Below are positions 1-8,184 of a stretch of DNA of 27,908 nt, piece after piece (position 1 is the first letter of the stretch; the number at the start of each line of letters is the position of its first letter). Location of the stretch: NCBI GenBank assembly GCA_014894735.1, contig JADBKX010000069.1, forward strand, positions 1,845 through 29,752. Reading direction: 5' to 3'. Both the position numbers and the translations under genes were made by a program. The notes under the pieces were generated by a model. The model saw only the letters and a list, made by a program, of their open reading frames with translations, was not told the origin of the DNA and made no database searches. This DNA is from Candidatus Sediminicultor sextus (lineage in GTDB: Bacteria; Atribacterota; Phoenicimicrobiia; Phoenicimicrobiales; Phoenicimicrobiaceae).

Positions 1-429
1 AAAGTCAGCCTCCTCTGCATCATCACCGGCGCACAGTTTTCCTCCTAAAATTTTAACTTCATAAATTATAATAACTAAATAACCATGAATTTCGCTATTA
101 TTGGGATAAACTCCTATCAGCCTCTTCGATTTTCCTTTTAACCCGGTCTCTTCAGCTAATTCTCTCAAAGCTGCTTCTACTGGGCTTTCCTCTATCTCCA
201 TAAACCCGCTGGGTAGTGCCCATTCGCCTTTGCGGGGCTCTATTTTCCTTTTGATTAATAATATTTTGCCTTCGTCATCTCTGGCTATCACTGCCACTAC
301 CGGAGTAGGATTTTCGTAAAATATTTTACCACACCTCGAGCAATACAATCTTTCTCTTCCTTCCAACATTTTTCTGACTAATTTATAAGCACAATAGGGA
401 CAAAATTTTATGGATAAATTACTTTTCAT
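1..429 (-). CDS. NUDIX hydrolase with N-terminal zinc ribbon (runs off the left edge)
   Basis: Not in the ORF track; translated by hand from ATG 429: MKSNLSIKFCPYCAYKL...LYCSRCGKIFYENPTPVV...WALPSGFMEIEESPVEAALRELAEETGL. Two CxxC pairs, a perfect Nudix box (Gx5Ex7RELxEETGL), and an AAGGAG SD inside the radC 3' end. Confidence 0.93.
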   Translation of the reverse strand, partial: MKSNLSIKFCPYCAYKLVRKMLEGRERLYCSRCGKIFYENPTPVVAVIARDDEGKILLIKRKIEPRKGEWALPSGFMEIEESPVEAALRELAEETGLKGKSKRLIGVYPNNSEIHGYLVIIIYEVKILGGKLCAGDDAEEADF

Positions 430-435
430 GTATTG

Positions 436-1167
436 CTAACTCCTTTTTAGCGCAGATACAAGGTCTACTCCTACTTTTTTCAATAAGCCCTCCTGAGCAA
501 AACTGAAATAATTATCCTCTCCCAATATTATATGATCCAGCACTTTTACCCCGACCAGTTCACAAGCGCCCGCCAGACGCTCAGTAATATCTAAGTCATT
601 TTTACTGGGATTTGATTCTCCGCTGGGATGGTTATGTAAAAATATAACCGAAGCAGCTGATTCTTTGATTATCTCCTTTAATGCCTCGCGGGGATGGACT
701 ATGCTTTCCGTCAGACTCCCTACTGAAATATCAATATCCTTGATAATTTTATTCTTTACGTCCAACATTACTACCTTAAATTTTTCCTTCTTTAAATCTC
801 TCATGCACGGTCCATAATAATTTACTAAATCTAAGGCATTATGAATTTTCTTTTTAGGTGAATTGGTTTCCCTTAGAAGCCTCTTCCCTATCTCAAGAGC
901 TGCCTTTATTTGGGCAAATTTAGCCAGGCCTATCCCTTTAACAGAACTCATCTCCGGATAACTTAAAGAATCTAATTTCCTTAAACTCTTTGTTTCTGAT
1001 AATAAATCTTTCGCTAATTCTACCGAGGTCTTCCCCTGATAACCTTTAACCAATATTATTCCTAATAATTCCGCATCTGTCAAGCAACCTACGCCATGCT
1101 CAACCAACCTCTCCCTCGGCCTTTCCTCATCCGGCCAATCTTTCACTGTGTAATTCTTTTTCTCCAT
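436..1167 (-). CDS. radC: RadC family JAB/MPN-domain protein, full length with N-terminal HhH region
   Basis: WPDEERPRERL, LTDAELLGIIL, GIGLAKFAQIKAALEIGKR, VHPRE, HNHPSG-x-S-x-D and VLDHIILG motifs. Confidence 0.95.
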   Translation of the reverse strand: MEKKNYTVKDWPDEERPRERLVEHGVGCLTDAELLGIILVKGYQGKTSVELAKDLLSETKSLRKLDSLSYPEMSSVKGIGLAKFAQIKAALEIGKRLLRETNSPKKKIHNALDLVNYYGPCMRDLKKEKFKVVMLDVKNKIIKDIDISVGSLTESIVHPREALKEIIKESAASVIFLHNHPSGESNPSKNDLDITERLAGACELVGVKVLDHIILGEDNYFSFAQEGLLKKVGVDLVSALKRS

Positions 1168-1210
1168 CTCTTGCTCCTTTTCTATTAAAGGTAAACTTTT
1201 GTGCCAGGCT

Positions 1211-2434
1211 CTATTGTTTACCTTTAATTCGATTTAAACGATATTGTAATTTTTCTCTTATGAAAATATTTTCTACAATATTTAGAGCTTCTTCTATTAT
1301 CGTTTCTGCTTTTTGATAATCCTTCAAATGGTGCTCGTAATATTTGGCTAACTCTTCGTAAGGATAACAGAGAAATTCCGGGCTTCTTTCTATGGTCTTT
1401 TTCCATATTTTTTCTGCTTCTTCCCATTCTCCCTGTCTCTTATAAGCAAAAGAAGCCAATCTTAATATCTCTAAGATCTCTTCTTCTGCTAAATTGTGTT
1501 TTAAAGCTTCAGTATAATAGTGGGTGCACTGCTCATATCTCTTCTCTTCATCAAACATCTTACCTATACTAAAAATATCCATTCCGTATTCGGTATTATT
1601 CAAAGGATCTTCTACCAGAAAACACATCCTGCTAACTAAGGCTACCAGAGAAAGAATATCCTGTAAATTATGTTCGAAGACCTGTTTTAATGTTCGGGCA
1701 TCTTTGGTTTTAAGATACCTAAAATAAATCTCGGGGACAAGATAGCCCGGAACATCGTTTTCTCTGATGACCCCCAGTATATCTCTTTCTACTGTAGATA
1801 GGGAACAACTCTCCAGCCTTTTCTTCCAGAGACGGCGGGCGGGGTAAAGAAGGTCGAAGTGGTAAGGATCTTTTAAACTCATCTTCATCCCGGACATAAT
1901 AAAGCGGCTCTGAATTAAGGGAACATCAAAAGTCTTTCCATTATACGAAACTATTGCCTCAAAATTGGAAAGCAGTTCATTTACTGCTGATAGTAGTGCT
2001 CGTTCTTCATTATAATCCCGCATAAAATATTGCCGGACACAAAATTGGTCTCCTTCAAAATATCCTGCTCCCACTAAAAAAATATAAGTCCCTGTTCCTC
2101 CGGCCAACCCGGTAGTCTCGGTATCCAAAAAGACGGTCTTATTAATATCTATTTCTTTTAATCTGTCATCCCTGGCCAAACCGGAAATAGTTTTGGCAGA
2201 AGATTGAAAAATTTTAAAAAGCTCAACTTCTCCACATTTATAATCCTGAGGAAAATAGTTTTCTCGAACAAAACTTTCCCCAAAAGGAGTGGAGATAAAT
2301 TTTCCCGATAATACTTCTTCTATCTTTATTTCTTGATTTACAATACCTATACTTTTCTCTTTTTGTGATTGAGCAATATTATTTATATTCTTTTTTAATT
2401 GGGCAATCTTTTCCAGTCGACTCTTTAGGTCCAT
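1211..2434 (-). CDS. mrfB: MrfB/YprB-type DEDDh exonuclease (RNase H-like) with C-terminal TPR-like repeats
   Basis: FLDTETTG, SYNGKTFD, HFDLL and HNLQD motifs; helical C-terminus with YEELAKYYEH; starts 2 nt after the helicase stop. Confidence 0.85.
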   Translation of the reverse strand: MDLKSRLEKIAQLKKNINNIAQSQKEKSIGIVNQEIKIEEVLSGKFISTPFGESFVRENYFPQDYKCGEVELFKIFQSSAKTISGLARDDRLKEIDINKTVFLDTETTGLAGGTGTYIFLVGAGYFEGDQFCVRQYFMRDYNEERALLSAVNELLSNFEAIVSYNGKTFDVPLIQSRFIMSGMKMSLKDPYHFDLLYPARRLWKKRLESCSLSTVERDILGVIRENDVPGYLVPEIYFRYLKTKDARTLKQVFEHNLQDILSLVALVSRMCFLVEDPLNNTEYGMDIFSIGKMFDEEKRYEQCTHYYTEALKHNLAEEEILEILRLASFAYKRQGEWEEAEKIWKKTIERSPEFLCYPYEELAKYYEHHLKDYQKAETIIEEALNIVENIFIREKLQYRLNRIKGKQ

Positions 2435-2436
2435 AA

Positions 2437-4719
2437 TCAGCTCAAGGCCTCCCTTAAAATTAGAAGAGCGCTCTCTTTTCCCTTTATGCCCACTTCGTCA
2501 ATAGGCCCCACACAGGAGGGGCAGCCTTTTTCACATCCGCAGCCAAGAATTAATTCCTGAGCTGCCTGCAGTAAAAGTCGACGCAGTTCAAACATCTTCT
2601 CACTAAATCCTACTCCTCCGGGATAATTATCATAGATATAAATAGTCGGTTCTCCGGTAAAAGGAGAACGCACTTCCGAAACTGCCCTGATATCCTGAGG
2701 GTCACACATAACATATAAAGGAACAACATTAATAAGGACGTTAGATAGAGCCAAAAGCCCGCTGCTTAAATTAAAAGATGTGCCTTCACTTTCCAGTCGC
2801 TTCAATCGCTCCCTACTATCATCAGCCAAAGCGAGCCAGTAAGCGGTCGTATGCATCTCTTCCGGCGGCAAAGATATTTCCCCGAAACCGATATTCTCGT
2901 GAGTATAAAATTTTATCTTTTTATAACAGGCAGAAAGGATAGTAATGACCACTTCCCCATAAGCATGTTCTATATTTGATTCTTCACTCTTCTCAAACAC
3001 ATCTAAAACCTTAATATTAGTCTCGGTCTGAGCATCAGTATAATAATTAACTTTAACTTTTTCGGCATAGGCCTTCTGATTCTGATAATCTAACCTGTGA
3101 ATAGCATATTGTTCACCTTCATGCAGATAAATAGCCCCTTCATAGATAAGTATGGGCACACTGGCTTTATCCATTTCCCCGATAACCTGTTCCTGCTGGT
3201 CAGTAGTATCAATAATTACAAAATTATCTACTGAAGCACTGCGCAGACTTATCTCTTCAGTAGGATAAATCTCGCTCATCCAATACCATTTCTTTTCCAC
3301 GTAATGAAGTACGCCTTCCTTCTCCAAATACTCCAGAACATCCCGAAGCTTATTAGTTCCGAAATCTTCTCCTTCTTCGAAGGGTAATTCAAAAGAAGCA
3401 CACCTGATATGGCTGACTAAAATACTTAAATTATCCGGATCGATAACTGCACTCTCCGGTGATTCTCCGAAGAAATAATCAGGATGATTTATCACAAATT
3501 GGTCTAAAGGGTTACTGGAAGCAACTAAGATAGCTATCGAACTCTTAGATCTGCGCCCGGCTCTTCCAGCCTGCTGCCAGGTACTGGATATAGTTCCGGG
3601 ATAACCGGCCATAAAACAGGCGTCAAGCTGGCCAATATCTATCCCCAGCTCCAGGGCATTGGTACTTACTACTCCTTTTATCTCCCCATCTTTTAAACCC
3701 TTTTCTATTTCACGCCTTAAATTGGGCAAATAACCTCCCCTATAACCTCTAACCATATCCTTGGACCTTCCCGTTTTAGCTAAAAAATCTTTTAAATAAC
3801 TGGTTAGGACTTCGGTAGTGAGACGGCTCCGCGCAAAGATTATGGTCTGAATATCATAATTTAAAAAATAAGCGACAAAACGGGCAACTTCTTTAATTAA
3901 ACTTTTCCTGATTCCCAATTCTTTATTAATTACCGGAGGGTTATAAAATAAAAAATGTTTCTCGCCTTGCGGGGCGCCATTATTATCGACTAAAACAAAT
4001 TCTTCTCCTACAATCTTTTGAGAAAGCTCCTGAGGATTAGCAATAGTCGCTGAACAGCAGATAAACTGGGGATTTGACCCATAAAATCGGCAGATTCTCT
4101 TCAATCTCCTGATTACATTGGCCAGATGGCTTCCGAATACCCCCCGATAAATATGCACCTCATCGATTACCACATATTTCAAATTTACGAAAAAATCCAT
4201 CCACTTGGTATGATGAGGCAATATCCCTAAATGCAGCATATCCGGATTGGTTACCACAATATGTCCTTTCTTACGGATGGCCTGCCGGGCGGAAGACGGG
4301 GTATCTCCATCATAGGTATAAGTCCTAATTCCCTCATCCAGGGCTGACACTAATTGATACAATTCAGTCAATTGGTCTTGAGATAAAGCTTTAGTGGGAA
4401 ACAGATAAAGTGCCCGGCTATTTTTATCTCTTAAGATAGAATCTAATACCGGCAGATTATAGCAGAGAGTCTTGCCTGAGGCGGTAGGGGTAACTACTAC
4501 TACATTTTTCTTGTTCCTTATAAATTCCAAGGCAGAAGCCTGATGAGAATAAAGTTTACTAATACCTTTATCTTTCAAAATCCTTACCAGTCTATCCTCT
4601 ACCCACTCCGGAAATTCCTCATAAATTCCAGATTTAGCCGGAATATGTCTCCAGTTAGTAAAGCGAGAATTTATCTTATTATACTTTTTTAATTCATTTA
4701 AAATTTTCTCTACCGGCAT
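2437..4719 (-). CDS. mrfA: MrfA/YprA (Hrq1-like) DEAH helicase with DUF1998 C-terminal Cys cluster
   Basis: PTASGKT, DEVH, CSAT, TNALELGIDIG, QQAGRAGRR; C-terminal CDPQD...YDNYPGGVG...CGCEKGCPSC. Confidence 0.9.
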   Translation of the reverse strand: MPVEKILNELKKYNKINSRFTNWRHIPAKSGIYEEFPEWVEDRLVRILKDKGISKLYSHQASALEFIRNKKNVVVVTPTASGKTLCYNLPVLDSILRDKNSRALYLFPTKALSQDQLTELYQLVSALDEGIRTYTYDGDTPSSARQAIRKKGHIVVTNPDMLHLGILPHHTKWMDFFVNLKYVVIDEVHIYRGVFGSHLANVIRRLKRICRFYGSNPQFICCSATIANPQELSQKIVGEEFVLVDNNGAPQGEKHFLFYNPPVINKELGIRKSLIKEVARFVAYFLNYDIQTIIFARSRLTTEVLTSYLKDFLAKTGRSKDMVRGYRGGYLPNLRREIEKGLKDGEIKGVVSTNALELGIDIGQLDACFMAGYPGTISSTWQQAGRAGRRSKSSIAILVASSNPLDQFVINHPDYFFGESPESAVIDPDNLSILVSHIRCASFELPFEEGEDFGTNKLRDVLEYLEKEGVLHYVEKKWYWMSEIYPTEEISLRSASVDNFVIIDTTDQQEQVIGEMDKASVPILIYEGAIYLHEGEQYAIHRLDYQNQKAYAEKVKVNYYTDAQTETNIKVLDVFEKSEESNIEHAYGEVVITILSACYKKIKFYTHENIGFGEISLPPEEMHTTAYWLALADDSRERLKRLESEGTSFNLSSGLLALSNVLINVVPLYVMCDPQDIRAVSEVRSPFTGEPTIYIYDNYPGGVGFSEKMFELRRLLLQAAQELILGCGCEKGCPSCVGPIDEVGIKGKESALLILREALS

Positions 4720-4744
4720 TCACTTAAACCTCGTCATCGGACAG

Positions 4745-4774
4745 TGTGACAGGGGATAACGGTTCTCTGTCACA
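4745..4774. repeat. GC-rich intergenic palindrome (REP-like hairpin)
   Basis: TGTGACAGGGGA-TAACGG-TTCTCTGTCACA: 8-bp perfect outer stem, extendable to 12 bp with G-U pairs on the + strand; lies between nfo and mrfA. Confidence 0.7.
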
Positions 4775-4787
4775 TATTTTTATCGTA

Positions 4788-5642
4788 TTAATTTGAAACC
4801 AAACTCTTTACTAAATTAATATTTTTTAGATCATCTTTTTCGTCATTCTTAGGAGTCTCCAGAATAAAAGGTAGGTCTTTTAAATATTTATGATTCACCA
4901 ACACCTTAAAACCCTCCAGCCCTATATATCCTTTGCCAATATGCATATGTCTGTCTTTTCGTGAACCCAAAGGAAATTTTGAATCATTAAGATGTATCAC
5001 CTTTAATTGTTCTAAGCCCAAATATTTATCAATCTCCCCTAAAGTCTGTTCAATCCCTTCTTGATGCGAAAGGTCATATCCTGCCGCAAAGGCATGACAG
5101 GTATCAAAGCATACTCCTATTCTCTTTCTATCTTTCGCCCCTTCTGCCATCCTTTTTAACTGCCCAAAAGTATAACCTAAATGCGTACCTGAGCCAGCAG
5201 TGTCCTCTAATAATATCATCGTTTTTAAAGCTAAACCTGCACTTTTCTCTAAAATAATATTAAGGGCTCTGATTATCCTCTGAATTCCGTATTCTTCTCC
5301 TGCTCCGGTATGGGCTCCCGGATGGGTAATTAGGTAGGGTTCGGTCAGTAAAATGTCAGCTCTCTTCATCTCTTCTAAAAAAGCATTAATTGATTTGAAA
5401 TAAAGTTCATCTGAAGGAGATGCCAAATTAACCAGATAAGAGGTGTGAATAAAAACGGGGTTAATATTAGTTTTTTTTAAATTTTTTCTAAAATTTTCTA
5501 CTTCGTCCTTTTTTAATATCTTCTCCCGCCAGGTCGATGCATTCTTAGAGAATATCTGCATAGTATTACAGCCTAATTCCACAGCCCGAACAACAGAATT
5601 ATCTATTCCCCCGGCGATAGAAATATGGCATCCAATCTTCAC
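4788..5642 (-). CDS. nfo: Endonuclease IV (AP endonuclease family 2)
   Basis: GCHISIAGG, HTSYLVNLAS, HPG, EDTAG, DTCH, HLNDSK, DRH, ETP metal-ligand motifs; GTG start with AGAGGA SD. Confidence 0.95.
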   Translation of the reverse strand: MKIGCHISIAGGIDNSVVRAVELGCNTMQIFSKNASTWREKILKKDEVENFRKNLKKTNINPVFIHTSYLVNLASPSDELYFKSINAFLEEMKRADILLTEPYLITHPGAHTGAGEEYGIQRIIRALNIILEKSAGLALKTMILLEDTAGSGTHLGYTFGQLKRMAEGAKDRKRIGVCFDTCHAFAAGYDLSHQEGIEQTLGEIDKYLGLEQLKVIHLNDSKFPLGSRKDRHMHIGKGYIGLEGFKVLVNHKYLKDLPFILETPKNDEKDDLKNINLVKSLVSN

Positions 5643-5714
5643 TCTATGTTTCCTCTTTTCTTCTTTAATTATTTAATTTTACCAATAAAAATTAGAGATT
5701 ATTGAGAAATTTTA

Positions 5715-5742
5715 TTGACTTCTCTATTTTTATAAGTATAAC
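5715..5742 (+). promoter_or_regulatory. Sigma70-like promoter for the membrane protein gene
   Basis: TTGACT-N16-TATAAC in the divergent gap. Confidence 0.45.
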
Positions 5743-5827
5743 ATATTACTATAGCCTAATTAAATAATTATTGCCTTTAGACTCTACCTACTTAAAAATT
5801 TTTTAAATTGAGGAATGAAGGAAAGAA

Positions 5828-6442
5828 ATGTATAAACAAATCCTTAAAGAATTAAAAGAACATATGCCCTTTACTGCTTTTGGAGCTGCTACCGGAATCA
5901 TTATGATAATGTTCTTACAAAAAATACCGACCAAATTTGCCTATAATATTTTTTATACCCTCCACCCTCTCCATGTTTTTTTAAGTGCACTGGTTACTAC
6001 TTCTATGTATATTTTTTATCAATATTACCCTTCCAAAAAGAAATATAACCTGGGAATTTTAATTTTTATCGGTTATGTGGGTTCTGTCGGAATAGCTACA
6101 GTAAGTGATTCGGTAATTCCCTATCTGGGTGAAATTTTGCTCAATCTACCCCATCGAGAAATTCATTTAGGTTTTATTGAAGAATGGTGGCTGGTCAATC
6201 CTATGGCCTTATTCGGAATTGGAATAGCTTACCTAAAACCCTCTACAAAGTTTCCTCATCTTGCTCATGTTCTCCTCAGCACCTGGGCTTCGCTCTTTCA
6301 TGTTATTATGGCTTTAGGACATACTTTGAATTGGTTTATATATCTTGGCATTTTTACTTTTCTATTTCTCTCTGTTTGGATACCTTGCTGTTTTAGTGAT
6401 ATCGTATTCCCTCTTTTATTTGTAAAAACACCAAAAAATTAA
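5828..6442 (+). CDS. Uncharacterised multi-pass membrane protein with His/Cys motifs (possible metal transporter)
   Basis: About 5-6 hydrophobic segments with EHMPFT, LHPLH, SDSVIPYLGE, FPHLAH, SLFH and WIPCCFSDIVFP. Confidence 0.75.
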   Translation: MYKQILKELKEHMPFTAFGAATGIIMIMFLQKIPTKFAYNIFYTLHPLHVFLSALVTTSMYIFYQYYPSKKKYNLGILIFIGYVGSVGIATVSDSVIPYLGEILLNLPHREIHLGFIEEWWLVNPMALFGIGIAYLKPSTKFPHLAHVLLSTWASLFHVIMALGHTLNWFIYLGIFTFLFLSVWIPCCFSDIVFPLLFVKTPKN

Positions 6443-6456
6443 ATATTCTTCTTCCT

Positions 6457-6500
6457 GGCTTTCACTTGTGAAAAGCCATAATTTTTTCTCTTTTTTTCTT
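6457..6500 (+). terminator. Probable intrinsic terminator between convergent genes
   Basis: GGCTTTCAC-TT-GTGAAAAGCC stem with one bulge, followed by a long pyrimidine/T tract. Confidence 0.5.
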
Positions 6501-6543
6501 TCCTGAAAAAGCCAACCCATCATCATTTTTAATCGGAAACAAA

Positions 6544-7107
6544 TTATTTTTTATCCAATAAATATATTTTATAATGCCCCGCTGACTGTAACATCAACCA
6601 GATTTCACCAAAAATATTATTAGTAAATTTTTTACCCTGATTAATATAATACTCTACCGCTTCCTTTTCAGTTAAACCTACTCCCTCTTCCACAATTAAA
6701 AATAATTTACCATTATGATTATATTTTTTTTCATTTTTATTGTTTATCCGCTCATTTAAAGAATCACAAAACATTTGGGTTGCTTCAGTTAAGCAATCTT
6801 TTTTATCTTTATTATTTCGGTTATTATGGTTATTTTTTGCCCTCTTTTTCATTAATTTAACTAATCCCCAGGTAGCTTTCGCCTCATCTTTATTATAATA
6901 AACCGGGGTAATTTCAATATTTAAATTATCTGTACAAATACAAGAGGGTTCTTCTTTAATGGGATCACCTATACTAATAAAGCGGTAATCTTCTTTATTC
7001 TTTTTATTATATTCTTTTAGAAAAACTTTACAGGTTTCTTTTTCTGAAAGCTTGTAATCAATTTCTCTGCTACTTCTGTCTTCTTTGATCGATTTCTTGG
7101 GGAGCAT
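6544..7107 (-). CDS. Hypothetical protein, weak PD-(D/E)XK-like pattern
   Basis: 187-aa AT-rich ORF with GGAGG upstream; E...GDP..EEPSCIC...NIEITPVYY, KKY and FGEIWL segments. Confidence 0.65.
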   Translation of the reverse strand: MLPKKSIKEDRSSREIDYKLSEKETCKVFLKEYNKKNKEDYRFISIGDPIKEEPSCICTDNLNIEITPVYYNKDEAKATWGLVKLMKKRAKNNHNNRNNKDKKDCLTEATQMFCDSLNERINNKNEKKYNHNGKLFLIVEEGVGLTEKEAVEYYINQGKKFTNNIFGEIWLMLQSAGHYKIYLLDKK

Positions 7108-7250
7108 CCTTATTATTTTAAACCTCCATAAAAAATAATTTTATTTTTATACTCCTATTTTGTACCTCATTTAATATTTTATCTGACTTTGATTAATATT
7201 TTGATATTTTTCTACTTAACTCCCCCTCTTTTTCTCGCATTATTATTGTA

Positions 7251-7259
7251 ATTATAACA
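7251..7259 (-). promoter_or_regulatory. Extended -10 promoter (TGnTATAAT) upstream of 6544..7107
   Basis: Minus strand reads TGTTATAAT. Confidence 0.4.
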
Positions 7260-7472
7260 TATCAAGTCAACTTCAATAAATATAACTCTAAAATTTTCTC
7301 TTATTTCTTTTGCCCCTTTACACTTCATGTTTATGGAGCTAAGCACAATTAATTAATCTTTTTGTTAACCTATTATACTTTGGTGATATAAAATTTGCCA
7401 AGTGAACGAATATTTAACCAAAATCTAAAAATCAGTAACTTATAATTTATTTCTATTATTTTTTACCAAAAA

Positions 7473-7501
7473 AGAGGATTTCTCAAATTTTTAAAGAATA
7501 T
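7473..7501 (+). promoter_or_regulatory. SigH-like promoter upstream of the pRiA4b ORF-3/SWIM pair
   Basis: AGAGGATTT-N11-AAAGAATAT matches the Bacillus SigH consensus RNAGGAWWW-N11/12-RNNGAATWW. Confidence 0.45.
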
Positions 7502-7566
7502 TATTTATATACACTTTTATAAAATGTTATTGATAAAAATTCTAAATTATAAGAGGAGGAAAAGTT

Positions 7567-8169
7567 ATGAAAAAGAAATTCAATCAAGTATATCAATTTA
7601 AGATTACCTTAAAGGACATTAAGCCACTCATTTGGCGACGAATACAGGTCCCAAAAACCTATACCTTTTGGGACCTACACATAGCTATTCAAGATTCTAT
7701 GGGCTGGTTTGATAGTCATCTTCACGAATTTGAGATAACTAATCCACTAACTGGACTAAAAACACTAATAGGAATTCCAGGGGAAGATTTCGTAGATTAC
7801 AAAGTTCTTCCTGGTTGGAAAATAAAAATAGCAGACTATTTTTTAAGGGAAAAACGATCAGCGAATTACATATATGATTTTGGTGATAATTGGGAACATG
7901 AAATAACCCTGGAAAAGATACTCCCCAAGGAAAATAACGTTACTTATCCCCTGTGTGTTAAAGGAGAAAGAGCTTGCCCTCCGGAAGATTGTGGCGGATC
8001 ATATGGTTATGAAGATTTTTTAGAAATTATAAGAAACCCTAATGATGAACAACATGAAGAAATGTTAGAATGGATTGGAGGCGAATTTGACTCAGAACAT
8101 TTTGATCCAAATGAAATCGTTTTTGATGACCCTGCTGAACGTTTTAAGAATGCCTTTGGTATAAGATAA
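7567..8169 (+). CDS. Plasmid pRiA4b ORF-3 family (MM3350-like) protein
   Basis: YQFKITL..IKPLIWRRIQVP, DLHIAIQDSMGW..SHLHEF, YIYDFGDNWEH, GERACPPEDCGG; AGGAGG SD. Confidence 0.92.
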   Translation: MKKKFNQVYQFKITLKDIKPLIWRRIQVPKTYTFWDLHIAIQDSMGWFDSHLHEFEITNPLTGLKTLIGIPGEDFVDYKVLPGWKIKIADYFLREKRSANYIYDFGDNWEHEITLEKILPKENNVTYPLCVKGERACPPEDCGGSYGYEDFLEIIRNPNDEQHEEMLEWIGGEFDSEHFDPNEIVFDDPAERFKNAFGIR

Positions 8170-8184
8170 ATTGTGAGATAAAAA

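Noticed and set aside
2437-4719. DUF1998 helicase as part of DISARM, Druantia or another YprA-family defence system
   Set aside because: Its partners are a YprB/MrfB exonuclease, Nfo and RadC; no methylase, SNF2 helicase or PLD nuclease is adjacent, which fits the housekeeping repair clade.
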